DNA from: an uncultured Anaerolineae bacterium
Lineage (GTDB): Bacteria; Chloroflexota; Anaerolineae; VGOG01
Assembly (NCBI GenBank): GCA_964390805.1
Contig: CAYMKL010000022.1
Span: forward strand, 5,128-69,127
Length of the DNA: 64,000 nucleotides
Reading direction: 5' to 3'
Position 1 is the stretch's first letter. Each line of letters starts with the position of its first letter. The position numbers and the translations under genes were made by a program. Shown in pieces: positions 25,927-35,463 of the stretch. The notes under the pieces were generated by a model. The model saw only the letters and a program-made list of their open reading frames with translations. It searched no databases and had not been told where the DNA came from.

Positions 25927-27315
25927 ATGAGAAACAAGCTGTTTGCGCTACTGCTGGTTGCGACTATTCTGGGCTCGCTGGCTGCCTGCGCCGCGCCCAC
26001 CCCAGAGGTGATCGAGAAGGAGGTCATCGTCGAGAAAGAGGTCCCGGTCACCGTTGAGGTAGAGAAGGAAAAGGTGGTCGAGAAGAAGGTCATTGAGACC
26101 GTGGTGGTTGAGAAAGAGAGGGAGGTAGAGGTCTCGAAGAAAATCGTGATCTACAACTCCTACATGACTGACCCAGGGGCTCGCGAGGCCGACGCCGAGC
26201 AGGTGCAGATGTTCATGAACGCCAACCCTGGCATTGAGGTGATGCACAGCGCAGTCGCCCATGAGGACTTCAAGCAGGCCATCCGCGCCTACCTGACCGC
26301 CTCGACCCCGCCGGACGTGATGACCTGGTTCGCTGGCAACCGGGCCCGCTTCTTCATTGACAAGGGCCTGATCATGGACATCAGCGACGTTTGGGAGGAC
26401 GAGGGATGGAATGAAACCTTCCCCGCTGGCTTCCGTGCTATGAGCAGCGTGGGTGACAAGCAGTACTTCCTGCCCGCGAGCTGGTACTGGTGGGCCATCT
26501 ACTATCGCAAGGATATCTTCGACCAGTACGGCCTGGAAACACCCACCACGTGGGACGAGTTCTTGGCGCTCTGCGAAACCCTCAAGTCGAACGGAGTCAC
26601 GCCCATCACCATCGGCACCAAGTGGCGCTGGACCGCTGCTGCCTGGTTCGACTACCTCAACATGCGCGTCAACGGGCCTGAGTTCCACATCAACCTGATG
26701 TTGGGCACGGAGAAGTACGACGATCCGCGCGTGCTGAAGGTCTTCGCCGACTACTGGGCGCCGCTGATCGAGAAAGGCTACTTCATTGACGCCCCCGCTT
26801 CCTACACCTGGCAGGAGGGATTGAATTTCCTGGCCAGCGGCGAGGCGGCTATGTACCTGATGGGCGACTTCCTACGCGACGTCTACCCTGCAGAAGAGGT
26901 TGAAAAGATTGACTTCTTCCGCTTCCCCATCATTGATCCCGCCGTGCCCGTCGGTGAGGACGCACCTACTGACGGCTACTTCATCGCTGCCAACGCGCAA
27001 CACTTGGAGGAAGGCAAGGCTCTACTGGCCTATTTCGGTTCAGCCGAGGGGCAGCAGTTCTTCGCCGATACACTGGGACGTCTACCGACCAACATGGAGG
27101 TGGACACCAGCGGCTTTACCGACATGCAGCGGAAGGGCCTGGAGCTGATCCAGGGCGCGGACTTCGTAGCCCAGTTCTACGACCGCGACACCACGCCCGA
27201 AATGGCCGACGAGGGCATGAACGGCATGATGGAGTTCTGGGACAACCCGGACAGCATCGGAGATATCCTGGCCCGTCTGGAGCAAGTACGGCAGGAAGTC
27301 TTTGCCGAAGAGTAG
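25927..27315 (+). CDS. Sugar ABC transporter substrate-binding lipoprotein (family 1/CUT1) with E/K/V-rich tether
   Basis: ATG at 25927 (MRNKLFALLLVATILGSLAACAAP) after GGAGGAG. The tether is TPEVIEKEVIVEKEVPVTVEVEKEKVVEKKV, followed by an SBP_bac_1-like body. Confidence 0.85.
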   Translation: MRNKLFALLLVATILGSLAACAAPTPEVIEKEVIVEKEVPVTVEVEKEKVVEKKVIETVVVEKEREVEVSKKIVIYNSYMTDPGAREADAEQVQMFMNANPGIEVMHSAVAHEDFKQAIRAYLTASTPPDVMTWFAGNRARFFIDKGLIMDISDVWEDEGWNETFPAGFRAMSSVGDKQYFLPASWYWWAIYYRKDIFDQYGLETPTTWDEFLALCETLKSNGVTPITIGTKWRWTAAAWFDYLNMRVNGPEFHINLMLGTEKYDDPRVLKVFADYWAPLIEKGYFIDAPASYTWQEGLNFLASGEAAMYLMGDFLRDVYPAEEVEKIDFFRFPIIDPAVPVGEDAPTDGYFIAANAQHLEEGKALLAYFGSAEGQQFFADTLGRLPTNMEVDTSGFTDMQRKGLELIQGADFVAQFYDRDTTPEMADEGMNGMMEFWDNPDSIGDILARLEQVRQEVFAEE

Positions 27316-27333
27316 TCCCATACTGTAACAACA

Positions 27334-27364
27334 GAGGAGCCCGTGAGTCATCTGCGGGCTCCTC
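27334..27364 (+). terminator. Stem-loop after the SBP gene (GAGGAGCCCG-N11-CGGGCTCCTC), weak T tail
   Basis: 10-bp perfect stem 19 nt after the stop. It may act as an attenuating or stabilising hairpin rather than a full terminator. Confidence 0.45.
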
Positions 27365-27398
27365 GTTTCATAAACAGTCGAGCTTGACAAATCGTGCA

Positions 27399-27540
27399 CT
27401 TACTACCCGACATCGAGAATCAGAAACCAGGTTTTTCTCTTGCAAAGCATTCTTGGGCACCCCAGTGGGTTCAAAAAGCAGTCACCCGCTTGGTTCAGAC
27501 GACAAAAAACCTGGTTTCTCTCCAAATGTCGGGTAGTGAG
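27399..27540. mobile_element. MITE-like 142-bp element with terminal inverted repeats and 8-bp target-site duplication
   Basis: The TIRs are CTTACTACCCGACAT / ATGTCGGGTAGTGAG (14/15), with a second matching block AGAAACCAGGTTTTT / AAAAACCTGGTTTCT. ATCGTGCA flanks it directly on both sides (27391-27398 and 27541-27548). Confidence 0.55.
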
Positions 27541-27578
27541 ATCGTGCATGATGACCAAGACGACAGAGGGCCACTACC

Positions 27579-28568
27579 ATGAGCGCGACATTTGCCAGAT
27601 GGTTAGGGAGATCCGGCATCCAAGTGAGTGCAATGGGTTTGGGTTGCTGGGCAATCGGAGGACCGCTTTGGGCCGGAGACGACGCCGTGGGTTGGGGGGA
27701 GGTGGACGACAATGAATCAATCCGCGCCATACAGCGCGCCCTCCATCTCGGAGTCAGTTTCTTTGACACTGCCGACGTGTACGGCGCGGGTCACAGTGAG
27801 CGTGTGCTTGGTCGTGCCCTGGCAGGCCATCGCGACCAAGTCGTGATTGCCACCAAGTTCGGCAACACGTTTGACGAAGCCACTCGCCAGATCACCGGCT
27901 CCGACGCATCACCCGAGTACATCCGCCAGGCATGTGAAGCCTCTCTACAACGCCTGAACACCGACTATATTGACCTGTACCAGTTCCATCTGAATGACTA
28001 CGATCCCAATCACGCAGGTGCTGTACGCGACGTGGTGGAGGAATTGGTCACCGAGGGAAAAATCCGTCAATATGGTTGGAGCACCGACTTTCCAGAACGC
28101 GGCCGCGTCTTTGCCGAAGGGCCAAACTGTACTGCCATCCAGCATCAGATGAATGTGCTAGAGGACGCCGCGCCAATGATCGCGCTATGCGAGCAGTTGG
28201 GCCTGGCCAGCATCAACCGCGGCCCGCTGGCGATGGGCCTGCTCACTGGAAAGTACCGAGCGGACTCGAAACTGGCCTCCGACGACGTGAGGGGCGATAA
28301 GAGCCCAGCTTGGATGCAGTACTTCAGGGACGGCAGGCCCAACCCAGAGTGGCTCCAGAAGCTCGAGGCAACACGTGAGATCCTCACGACTGGTGGTCGC
28401 ACCCTTGCTCAGGGAGCGCTGGCCTGGATCTGGGCGCGGAGTGAGCGGACAATTCCCATTCCCGGCTTCAGGACCGTGGCACAAGTTGAGGAGAACACAG
28501 CCGCGATGCAATTTGGGCCGCTAAGTGCCGAGCAGATGGGTGAAATAGACATGCTACTGAGTCGTTGA
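27579..28568 (+). CDS. Aldo/keto reductase
   Basis: 329 aa containing GLGCWAIGG, FFDTADVYGAGHSE and IDLYQFH. Confidence 0.9.
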   Translation: MSATFARWLGRSGIQVSAMGLGCWAIGGPLWAGDDAVGWGEVDDNESIRAIQRALHLGVSFFDTADVYGAGHSERVLGRALAGHRDQVVIATKFGNTFDEATRQITGSDASPEYIRQACEASLQRLNTDYIDLYQFHLNDYDPNHAGAVRDVVEELVTEGKIRQYGWSTDFPERGRVFAEGPNCTAIQHQMNVLEDAAPMIALCEQLGLASINRGPLAMGLLTGKYRADSKLASDDVRGDKSPAWMQYFRDGRPNPEWLQKLEATREILTTGGRTLAQGALAWIWARSERTIPIPGFRTVAQVEENTAAMQFGPLSAEQMGEIDMLLSR

Positions 28569-28643
28569 TCGGTTCCCACCAGAAGTTCTCGAACGTTCTC
28601 GACAGGATTGAATCCTGAGTTTGTCTTAAGGAGGTCCAATGCT

Positions 28644-29528
28644 ATGACTCGCAGTAAACGCCTCTCTCAATTGACGCCGTATCTGTTCCTGATTGTGCCC
28701 TTGATCATCTACCTGATCTGGGTCATCGGGCCAATGTTCTATACGTTCTTCCTCAGTCTGACCGACTGGGACGGCCTATCCAGTCCAGTTTTCATCGGCT
28801 TGAAAAACTATCAGAAGCTGTTCAAGGACCCCGTTTTCTTTGTCTCCCTCAAAAACAACCTCAAGTGGGTGCTCAGCTTCATCACCATACCGGTGGTGGC
28901 GGGCCTGGCCCTGGCCATGGCCCTCAATCGGGCTATCCCCTTGGAAAGGTTTTTCAAAGCCAGCTTCTACTCGCCCCTGGTGCTTTCCCTGGTTGTCTGC
29001 GGCCTCATCTGGTCGTGGATGTATCACCCGGCCAGCGGCCTGATCAATGAGACGCTGCGGGCGGTGGGCCTGGATTCGTGGGCCAAAGGATGGTTAAGCG
29101 ACAAGAACCTAGTCATGTGGGCCGTGATTATGGTGGCCATCTGGCGCCAGGTGGGGTACGTGATGGTTCTCTACCTGGCTGGCCTACAAGGCGTGGATCC
29201 TGGCCTGGTGGATGCTTCCAAAGTAGATGGCTGCAACAGTTGGCATACCTTTCGACACGTTATCTTTCCGCTGTTGGCCCCGGTTACAGTGATCGTCATC
29301 GTGATCAGCATCATAGACTCGCTGCGCGCCTTCGACCTGGTGTCGGTCATGACGCGGGGCGGACCTTATAACTCTTCCAGTGTGCTGGCCAACTTCATGT
29401 ACATCGAGGCCTTCAACAACTACAAGATGGGTTATGGCGCCGCCATCTCTGTGATCCTGTTCCTCATCAGCCTGGTGTTCATCTTCATCTACCTATCGCG
29501 GGTGCTGCAAGCCGAGATGGAGTACTAG
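28644..29528 (+). CDS. Sugar ABC transporter permease (CUT1, MalF/UgpA-like)
   Basis: ATG at 28644, 9 nt after AAGGAGG. The track start at 28608 is a TTG. It has six TM segments and an EAA-type loop. Confidence 0.9.
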   Translation: MTRSKRLSQLTPYLFLIVPLIIYLIWVIGPMFYTFFLSLTDWDGLSSPVFIGLKNYQKLFKDPVFFVSLKNNLKWVLSFITIPVVAGLALAMALNRAIPLERFFKASFYSPLVLSLVVCGLIWSWMYHPASGLINETLRAVGLDSWAKGWLSDKNLVMWAVIMVAIWRQVGYVMVLYLAGLQGVDPGLVDASKVDGCNSWHTFRHVIFPLLAPVTVIVIVISIIDSLRAFDLVSVMTRGGPYNSSSVLANFMYIEAFNNYKMGYGAAISVILFLISLVFIFIYLSRVLQAEMEY

Positions 29529-29540
29529 ATCAGGAGGAAA

Positions 29541-30386
29541 ATGGTCATGACGAAGAAGTTCTTCAGCTCTCCGTGGCGTACACTGGGTTTCTTCTTGCTG
29601 ATGCTGATAACCCTCATCTGGTTGTTGCCCTTTATCACAGCCATCCTCACGTCTTTCCGCACCAACCAGGACATCGTGGCGCGGGGGTTCATGGCGCTGC
29701 CCAAAGAGATCAACTTGGATAGCTTTAAGGTGGCCTGGGAACGCGGCGGCCTGAGTCGCTACGTGCCCAACAGTTTCATCATCACCCTTCCCTCGTTGGT
29801 GCTGACGCTGTTTCTCTCTTCCCTCTCCGCCTATGCCCTGGCCCGCTTTCGCTTCCGGGGCAATCGGTTGATCCTGTTGCTTTACGTCGGCGGCATGATG
29901 CTACCCTTCCAGGTGCTGATGCTGCCCGTTTTCCGTCTCACCGATGCGTTGGGTCTATACGACACCTACATCGGCGTGATTGCTTTCCACACGGCGTTCC
30001 AACTGGGCTTCTGCACTTTCTTGCTGCGCAATTACATGCGCACCGTGCCCGGCGAGATCCTGGAGGCGGCGCGCATTGACGGTTGCGGCGAGTTCCGCAT
30101 CTGGTGGCAGATCATGATGCCCCTCACCTTGCCAGCCATCGCTGCTCTGGCCACGCTGGAGTTCACCTGGATCTTCAATGACTACCTGTGGGCCATCGTC
30201 CTACTGCGCAGCGACAAACTCAAGCCCGTCACGGCCGGCCTGGCGACCTTGCTGGGCCAGTACATCACGGACTGGACCGTTATCATCGCCGGTGCATTGC
30301 TGGCGACGGTACCCACGGTGGTGGTGTTCATCTTCTTGCAGCGTTACTTCATCGAGGGGCTGACCTTGGGCGCGACGAAGGGGTAG
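29541..30386 (+). CDS. Sugar ABC transporter permease (CUT1, MalG/UgpE-like)
   Basis: 281-aa ORF containing EAARIDGCGEFRIWWQIMMP. The ATG at 29547 has better SD spacing than 29541. Confidence 0.9.
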   Translation: MVMTKKFFSSPWRTLGFFLLMLITLIWLLPFITAILTSFRTNQDIVARGFMALPKEINLDSFKVAWERGGLSRYVPNSFIITLPSLVLTLFLSSLSAYALARFRFRGNRLILLLYVGGMMLPFQVLMLPVFRLTDALGLYDTYIGVIAFHTAFQLGFCTFLLRNYMRTVPGEILEAARIDGCGEFRIWWQIMMPLTLPAIAALATLEFTWIFNDYLWAIVLLRSDKLKPVTAGLATLLGQYITDWTVIIAGALLATVPTVVVFIFLQRYFIEGLTLGATKG

Positions 30387-30420
30387 ACTCAGTAGATGGA
30401 AGATTATCAAGAGTAGGGAC

Positions 30421-30449
30421 TTGACATTTCAGCGATACTGGCGATAATA
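30421..30449 (+). promoter_or_regulatory. Internal promoter-like TTGACA-17-ATAATA before the dehydrogenase/kinase/GH42 genes
   Basis: ttgaca tttcagcgatactggcg ataata. It is followed by a small hairpin ACACAA-N9-TTGTGT plus T run (about 30509-30535). Confidence 0.45.
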
Positions 30450-30566
30450 GTCTTGTGCACCACGGGTAGCACGTGCCTCCGCTGCCAGCACTGGCCCGTT
30501 GAAGTTTCACACAAGCTCTTTTTTTGTGTTTTTCACCCCGCAAATGCTAAAGATAGGGGCGCAGTT

Positions 30567-31877
30567 ATGCTGGAACTAATCTACGGCCAAACGATTGAAT
30601 GTGACTGCGGCAAGACCCATCACGTCGAGCCGCAGCGGGTCATTTACGAGAACGGTGCATTGAGCCGACTGCCTGAAGTTCTGTCGGAATACACGACAGG
30701 GCGCCGGGTCGTTTTGCTGATGGACATCCGAACACGTGAGGTGGCTGGCCAAGAAGCGGCGGCACTACTGAGAGATGCCAACTGGGAGGTCTCCGAAATC
30801 GTCGTTCCGGACCCTGCCCAAGGAGCGTCGCCGATCTGTGATGACCACACGCACGACTGGCTTCTCCGTCGAATCGCCGCTGCCGATGTGGTTCTCCCCA
30901 TCGGCAGCGGCGTGTTGAACGATCTCGGCAAGTGGACCGCTTTTGATCTGAATGTCCCCTATGTTTGCTTTGGGACGGCCGCTAGCATGAACGGCTATGC
31001 TTCAGCGAATGTGGCGGCGACGATCAAGGGTGTAAAATCGCTTCTGTGGGCGCGTCCACCACGAACAGTTCTTTCCGACCCTGCCATTCTCCGCGATGCG
31101 CCCTATGAACTGACCACCGCAGGGTTGGGGGACATCTTGGCCAAGTCGGTGAGTTCCGCCGATTGGCGCATGAACCACTTCCTGTTTGGGGATTACTTCT
31201 GCGAGCGATCGGTTTCCCTGATTGCCGACATTGAGCCGTTGTACATGGATCATCCTGAGGATGTGCGGGAACGAAAGCCAAAGGCAATGGAGGCCCTGTT
31301 TCACGGCCTTCTCCTGACCGGCATCGCCATGACGATGGCTGAGACATCCTCTCCAGCTTCAGGCGGGGAGCACCTGGTTTCTCATACCCTGGATATGATG
31401 TCTTCTCTCGATGGAGTGCCCCATGATTTGCACGGTAGACAGGTTGGACTGGGTACGGTGTTGGCTTCCGAGGTTTATCGCCGCGTCATCAGTCTGGAAT
31501 CGCCCGACTTCTCTCGCGCCTCAATGGGTTTTGACAAGGAATTCTGGGGGGCGTTGGGAGATGGGGTCGAAACCCAATTCGCCCAGAAAGTGGCGCGGCT
31601 GCAGAAAGCAGCCGAGGTCCTTTCGCAAGGTGATTCGTGGGATCGTCTGCGTGAAGAGGTGGAGCCGTTTCTCCGCTCGCCAGAGCGAATCCGCAACTGT
31701 CTGAAACGAGCCGACGCCGCCTATCGAGCCGAGGATCTCGGGTGCTCGCGAGAAAGACTCCTCCGTGCCGTGCTCCATCTGCATGAGATTCGTTCCCGCT
31801 TCACCGTCATAGACCTCGCTCGGCTGGTGGGTGTCCTTCCCCAGGCAGCGGCGGAAATCGTCGAGGAATGGTCTTAA
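30567..31877 (+). CDS. Iron-containing alcohol dehydrogenase superfamily protein, sn-glycerol-1-phosphate dehydrogenase (AraM/EgsA)-like
   Basis: 436 aa from the ATG at 30567 (MLELIYGQTIECDCGKTHH). Motifs are GSGVLNDLGKW, ASMNGYAS and GGEHLVSHTLD. Confidence 0.65.
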   Translation: MLELIYGQTIECDCGKTHHVEPQRVIYENGALSRLPEVLSEYTTGRRVVLLMDIRTREVAGQEAAALLRDANWEVSEIVVPDPAQGASPICDDHTHDWLLRRIAAADVVLPIGSGVLNDLGKWTAFDLNVPYVCFGTAASMNGYASANVAATIKGVKSLLWARPPRTVLSDPAILRDAPYELTTAGLGDILAKSVSSADWRMNHFLFGDYFCERSVSLIADIEPLYMDHPEDVRERKPKAMEALFHGLLLTGIAMTMAETSSPASGGEHLVSHTLDMMSSLDGVPHDLHGRQVGLGTVLASEVYRRVISLESPDFSRASMGFDKEFWGALGDGVETQFAQKVARLQKAAEVLSQGDSWDRLREEVEPFLRSPERIRNCLKRADAAYRAEDLGCSRERLLRAVLHLHEIRSRFTVIDLARLVGVLPQAAAEIVEEWS

Positions 31878-31881
31878 AGAC

Positions 31882-33387
31882 GTGTCCAACCAACCCTATC
31901 TCTTAGGAATTGATCAAGGCAGCAGTGGTAGCCGCGCACTCGTCCTGGATCCAGACGGACAGGTGCGCGGCTACGGTTATCGGCCCCTGGCAGGCATCCA
32001 CCCTCATCCCGGTTGGGTCGAACATGCCCCGGTGTCCGTAATTGTGGGGGTGGCAGAGGCCGTCACCGAGGCGCTCGAACGGGCCAACTGCCGCGCCTCC
32101 GACATTGCAGCCTGTGGCATTGCCTGCCAGCGTAACACCGACTTTGCCTGGGATGCTCAAACGGGCCGCCCGCTGGCCAACGCCATCAGTTGGCAAGACT
32201 TGCGCACCTTGCCGATGCTGGACGAGCTGGCGGCCTGGCCGCTGGCAGACCAATGCCGCCGCAGACTGGGTTATGCCCCTGGTCCCTACAGCTCGGCCTT
32301 GCACATGGCCTGGCGTATGCGGCACGAACCATCGGTGATTGACGCGACCCGCACGGGGCGCCTGCGTCTGGGTCTCTCGGCGGCGTGGCTGCTGACCGCA
32401 AGGGGGAATCCCAGCGCACACCAGATGGACTACTCGCTGGTGCAGGCCATGGGCGTGTACGACTTTCGGGCGCAACGTCTCTGGGATGAGTGGCTGGATT
32501 TCCTGGGCGTGCCGCGCGCTGCGCTCCCGCAGGCAGTACCCACGGTCTATGATTTCGGGACGTTGGGGGTGGCTGCCCCCGATGGTAGCACGACAGACGT
32601 GCCCATCATGGCCATGATCGGCAATGAGCAGGCTGCATTATTCGGTCACGATTGTCGCTTCCCCGGCGATGCGGAGTGCACTCATGGCACGGCGTCCTTC
32701 GTGGACGTTTTCATGGGCAGTCATGCACCAGATCAAGATAAGATCAACGTCTACTTCGCCTGGCACCTGGGCGACGCGCCGACTTATTGCCTGGAGGCAG
32801 ACACGACGGTCAGCGGTGCGGTGATTCGTTGGATGCGGGAACAGGCCCAGCTCTTCGACCATGATGATGAGGTCGGACGACTGGCCGCTTCGGTGCCGGA
32901 CTCAGCCGGGGTGGTGTTCGTCCCGGCCTTCACGGGACTGAACGTGCCGTATAATGACCGCAATGCCCGTGGCACGATACTGGGATTAACCTTGAGCAGC
33001 GGGCGCGCTCACATTGCGCGTGCTTTTCTGGAATCGCTGGGCTACCAAGTGCAGGAGATCCTCGACACAATCTACACTGAGACCGGCTTGCGCGTGGAGC
33101 GTTTGCATCTGGGTGGGGGCATCTCTACCAGCGATGAGGCATGCCAGATCATGGCCGACCAGCTTGGCATCCCCACGGTGCGCCCTACCTTCACCGAAAC
33201 CGCCGCCCGCGCTGCTGCACTGCTGGCTGGCCTAGGCGCTGGGGTCTGGGCCGACGTCTCAGATCTGCCGCCCCCGCCCGGTGGGTTTACCCTGTTTGAG
33301 CCGCGCATTTCCGCTGACCAGCGCGAGGCCAACTATGCCCGCTGGAAGCGTGCTGTGGATTGCGTTCGGGCCTGGGGACAGGGCTAG
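31882..33387 (+). CDS. FGGY-family carbohydrate kinase (glycerol kinase-like)
   Basis: LLGIDQGSSGSRALVLD and HLGGGISTSDEACQIMADQLGIPTV. The start is uncertain: GTG at 31882 just after the upstream stop, or GTG at 31831. Confidence 0.85.
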   Translation: MSNQPYLLGIDQGSSGSRALVLDPDGQVRGYGYRPLAGIHPHPGWVEHAPVSVIVGVAEAVTEALERANCRASDIAACGIACQRNTDFAWDAQTGRPLANAISWQDLRTLPMLDELAAWPLADQCRRRLGYAPGPYSSALHMAWRMRHEPSVIDATRTGRLRLGLSAAWLLTARGNPSAHQMDYSLVQAMGVYDFRAQRLWDEWLDFLGVPRAALPQAVPTVYDFGTLGVAAPDGSTTDVPIMAMIGNEQAALFGHDCRFPGDAECTHGTASFVDVFMGSHAPDQDKINVYFAWHLGDAPTYCLEADTTVSGAVIRWMREQAQLFDHDDEVGRLAASVPDSAGVVFVPAFTGLNVPYNDRNARGTILGLTLSSGRAHIARAFLESLGYQVQEILDTIYTETGLRVERLHLGGGISTSDEACQIMADQLGIPTVRPTFTETAARAAALLAGLGAGVWADVSDLPPPPGGFTLFEPRISADQREANYARWKRAVDCVRAWGQG

Positions 33388-33408
33388 GTTGACTGGATAT
33401 GGAGGGAG

Positions 33409-35463
33409 ATGATGCTTGGCGTTGACTATTACCCTGAGCACTGGCCAGAAGCGCGTTGGGCGACCGATGCGCATTTGATGCGAGATGCCGGCCTGCAAGT
33501 CGTGCGTCTCGCGGAGTTTGCCTGGGCCAAGATGGAGCCGGCCGAAGGCGAGTTCGATTGGGATTGGCTCGACCGGGCGGTGGGTACTCTGGCTGCCACG
33601 GGCCTGCAGGTCATCTTGTGTACACCGACCGCCGCGCCACCAGCCTGGCTGACGCGAGGCTATCCGGATACCCTACCGGTGGACGCCCAAGGCCGTCGTC
33701 GAAGCTTTGGTGGGCGTCGCCACTATTGCGCCAACAGTCCAGATCACCGCCTGCATACCCGTCGCATCGTCGGCGCGATGGCAACGCGCTACGGCCAGCA
33801 TCCCAATGTGATCGGTTGGCAGATTGACAACGAGTTCGGCGGTGGCCAAACAGCGCGCTGCTATTGTCACAACTGCGCGGCGGCTTTCCGCTCCTGGCTC
33901 CAGCGGCGCTATGGCGGCCTGGATGCCCTGAACAACGCCTGGGGCACGGTCTTCTGGTCGCAGGTCTATACCGATTGGACACAGATTGGGCCGCCAGCTT
34001 TGGCCGTCGAAAAACCCAATCCCAGCCACGTTCTGGACTATTACCGTTTCTCATCGGACTCGTGGGTTGATTACCAGCAGATTCAGATTGATCTACTGCG
34101 CGCCAAGACAAACGGAGCACAATTTGTCACGACCAATCTGATGGGCCTCTTTTCTGATCTGGACTATTACAAGTTGGCCCAGCCCCTTGACTTCATAACC
34201 TGGGACAGCTATCCCACAGGCCACGCCGAACGTGGGCACGAGATGCTCTACGCTAGTGGCAGCGCAGATCATGCCTACGACGTCGGCGACCCAGCCATCA
34301 CCGGTTTGGCTCACGATCTGATGCGCGGCATGAAAGACCAACCCTTCTGGATCATGGAGCAGCAGCCCGGACACATCAACTGGGCCGACTACAACCCTGC
34401 TCCACGCCCCGGCGTCGTTCGGCTGTGGACGTGGGACGACATCGCGCATGGCGCGGACGCCGTGGTGTATTTCCGCTGGCGTGCTTGTCTCTACGCTCAG
34501 GAACAGTATCACAGCGGTCTATTGCGGCACGACGGCCAGCCGGCATCGGGTTTGCGCGATGTCCAGGCCATGAGCCACGAGCAACAGGTGATGGCCGCTA
34601 TCCAGGGCACGAGAGTCCTGGCAGAAGTGGCTTTGTTGCACAGCTACGATGACTTGTGGGCGATTGGCCTACAGCCCCACAACCGCGACTTTGGCTACCT
34701 GCGTCATCTGTTCACCTACTACCGCGCGCTGCAACACGCAGGCGTCCCGGTGGACATTGCCCCGCCCACGCGAGACCTGAGCCGCTACAAGCTGGTCATC
34801 GCGCCCACGCTGTTTCTGGTGGATGAGACCATCACTGAGAACCTCCAACGCTACGTTGAGCAAGGTGGGCATCTGGTGCTCTCTATTCGTTCCGGCTTTA
34901 AAACCAAAAGCAACCGCGTGGTGGATAGTGCCTTGCCTGGCCTGCTGGCTGGTCTGGTCGGCGCGACGGTAGAGGAATGGCACAGCCTGCCGCCTGGGGT
35001 GGCGTACTCACTGGAAATGCCTGAGCTTGCTGAGCAGCCCTTCGCGGTCAGAATCTGGGCCGAAGCCTTGAAACCAGTCAAAGCTGAAATCCTGGGGCGT
35101 TTTGGCGGAGGGGCGTTGGATGGTCGGCCGGCGGCCAGCCTGAATCGCTTCGGGGACGGCGAGATCGTCTACCTGGGCGCCTGTGCCGATGACCGGTTGG
35201 CGGATGCGCTGCTAGCCTGGCTGTTGCCCCGCGCTGGGGTTGAGCCTGTGGCCGCCGTGCCCGCCGCTGTCAAGGCGATGCGCCGCGCCGGTGATGGCCG
35301 CGAGTTCCTGTTTCTGCTGAACTTCAGCGACGCCGTGGCGACGGTGGGAGGTTGTCCCGCGCTGTCCAGGATGGGTTATACCGACGCGCTAACCAATGAG
35401 CCGTGTGGGCCATCGGTTGAGGTGCCTGCGCGGGGGGTAGTGATCTGTCAGCGCCAGAAGTAG
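33409..35463 (+). CDS. Beta-galactosidase, glycoside hydrolase family 42
   Basis: 684 aa containing [34 protein letters not shown] and the Zn-type Cys cluster CYCHNC. Confidence 0.9.
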   Translation: MMLGVDYYPEHWPEARWATDAHLMRDAGLQVVRLAEFAWAKMEPAEGEFDWDWLDRAVGTLAATGLQVILCTPTAAPPAWLTRGYPDTLPVDAQGRRRSFGGRRHYCANSPDHRLHTRRIVGAMATRYGQHPNVIGWQIDNEFGGGQTARCYCHNCAAAFRSWLQRRYGGLDALNNAWGTVFWSQVYTDWTQIGPPALAVEKPNPSHVLDYYRFSSDSWVDYQQIQIDLLRAKTNGAQFVTTNLMGLFSDLDYYKLAQPLDFITWDSYPTGHAERGHEMLYASGSADHAYDVGDPAITGLAHDLMRGMKDQPFWIMEQQPGHINWADYNPAPRPGVVRLWTWDDIAHGADAVVYFRWRACLYAQEQYHSGLLRHDGQPASGLRDVQAMSHEQQVMAAIQGTRVLAEVALLHSYDDLWAIGLQPHNRDFGYLRHLFTYYRALQHAGVPVDIAPPTRDLSRYKLVIAPTLFLVDETITENLQRYVEQGGHLVLSIRSGFKTKSNRVVDSALPGLLAGLVGATVEEWHSLPPGVAYSLEMPELAEQPFAVRIWAEALKPVKAEILGRFGGGALDGRPAASLNRFGDGEIVYLGACADDRLADALLAWLLPRAGVEPVAAVPAAVKAMRRAGDGREFLFLLNFSDAVATVGGCPALSRMGYTDALTNEPCGPSVEVPARGVVICQRQK

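Noticed and set aside
27384-27412. Second TTGACA box as an active promoter for the AKR and permease genes
   Set aside because: There is no acceptable -10 hexamer at 16-19 nt, with or without the MITE. It is kept only as a shared-sequence observation.
28591-28598. GAACGTTC as a second LacI-family operator
   Set aside because: Only the 8-bp core is palindromic and the flanks do not match GTGAACGTTCAC. It is too short to call.
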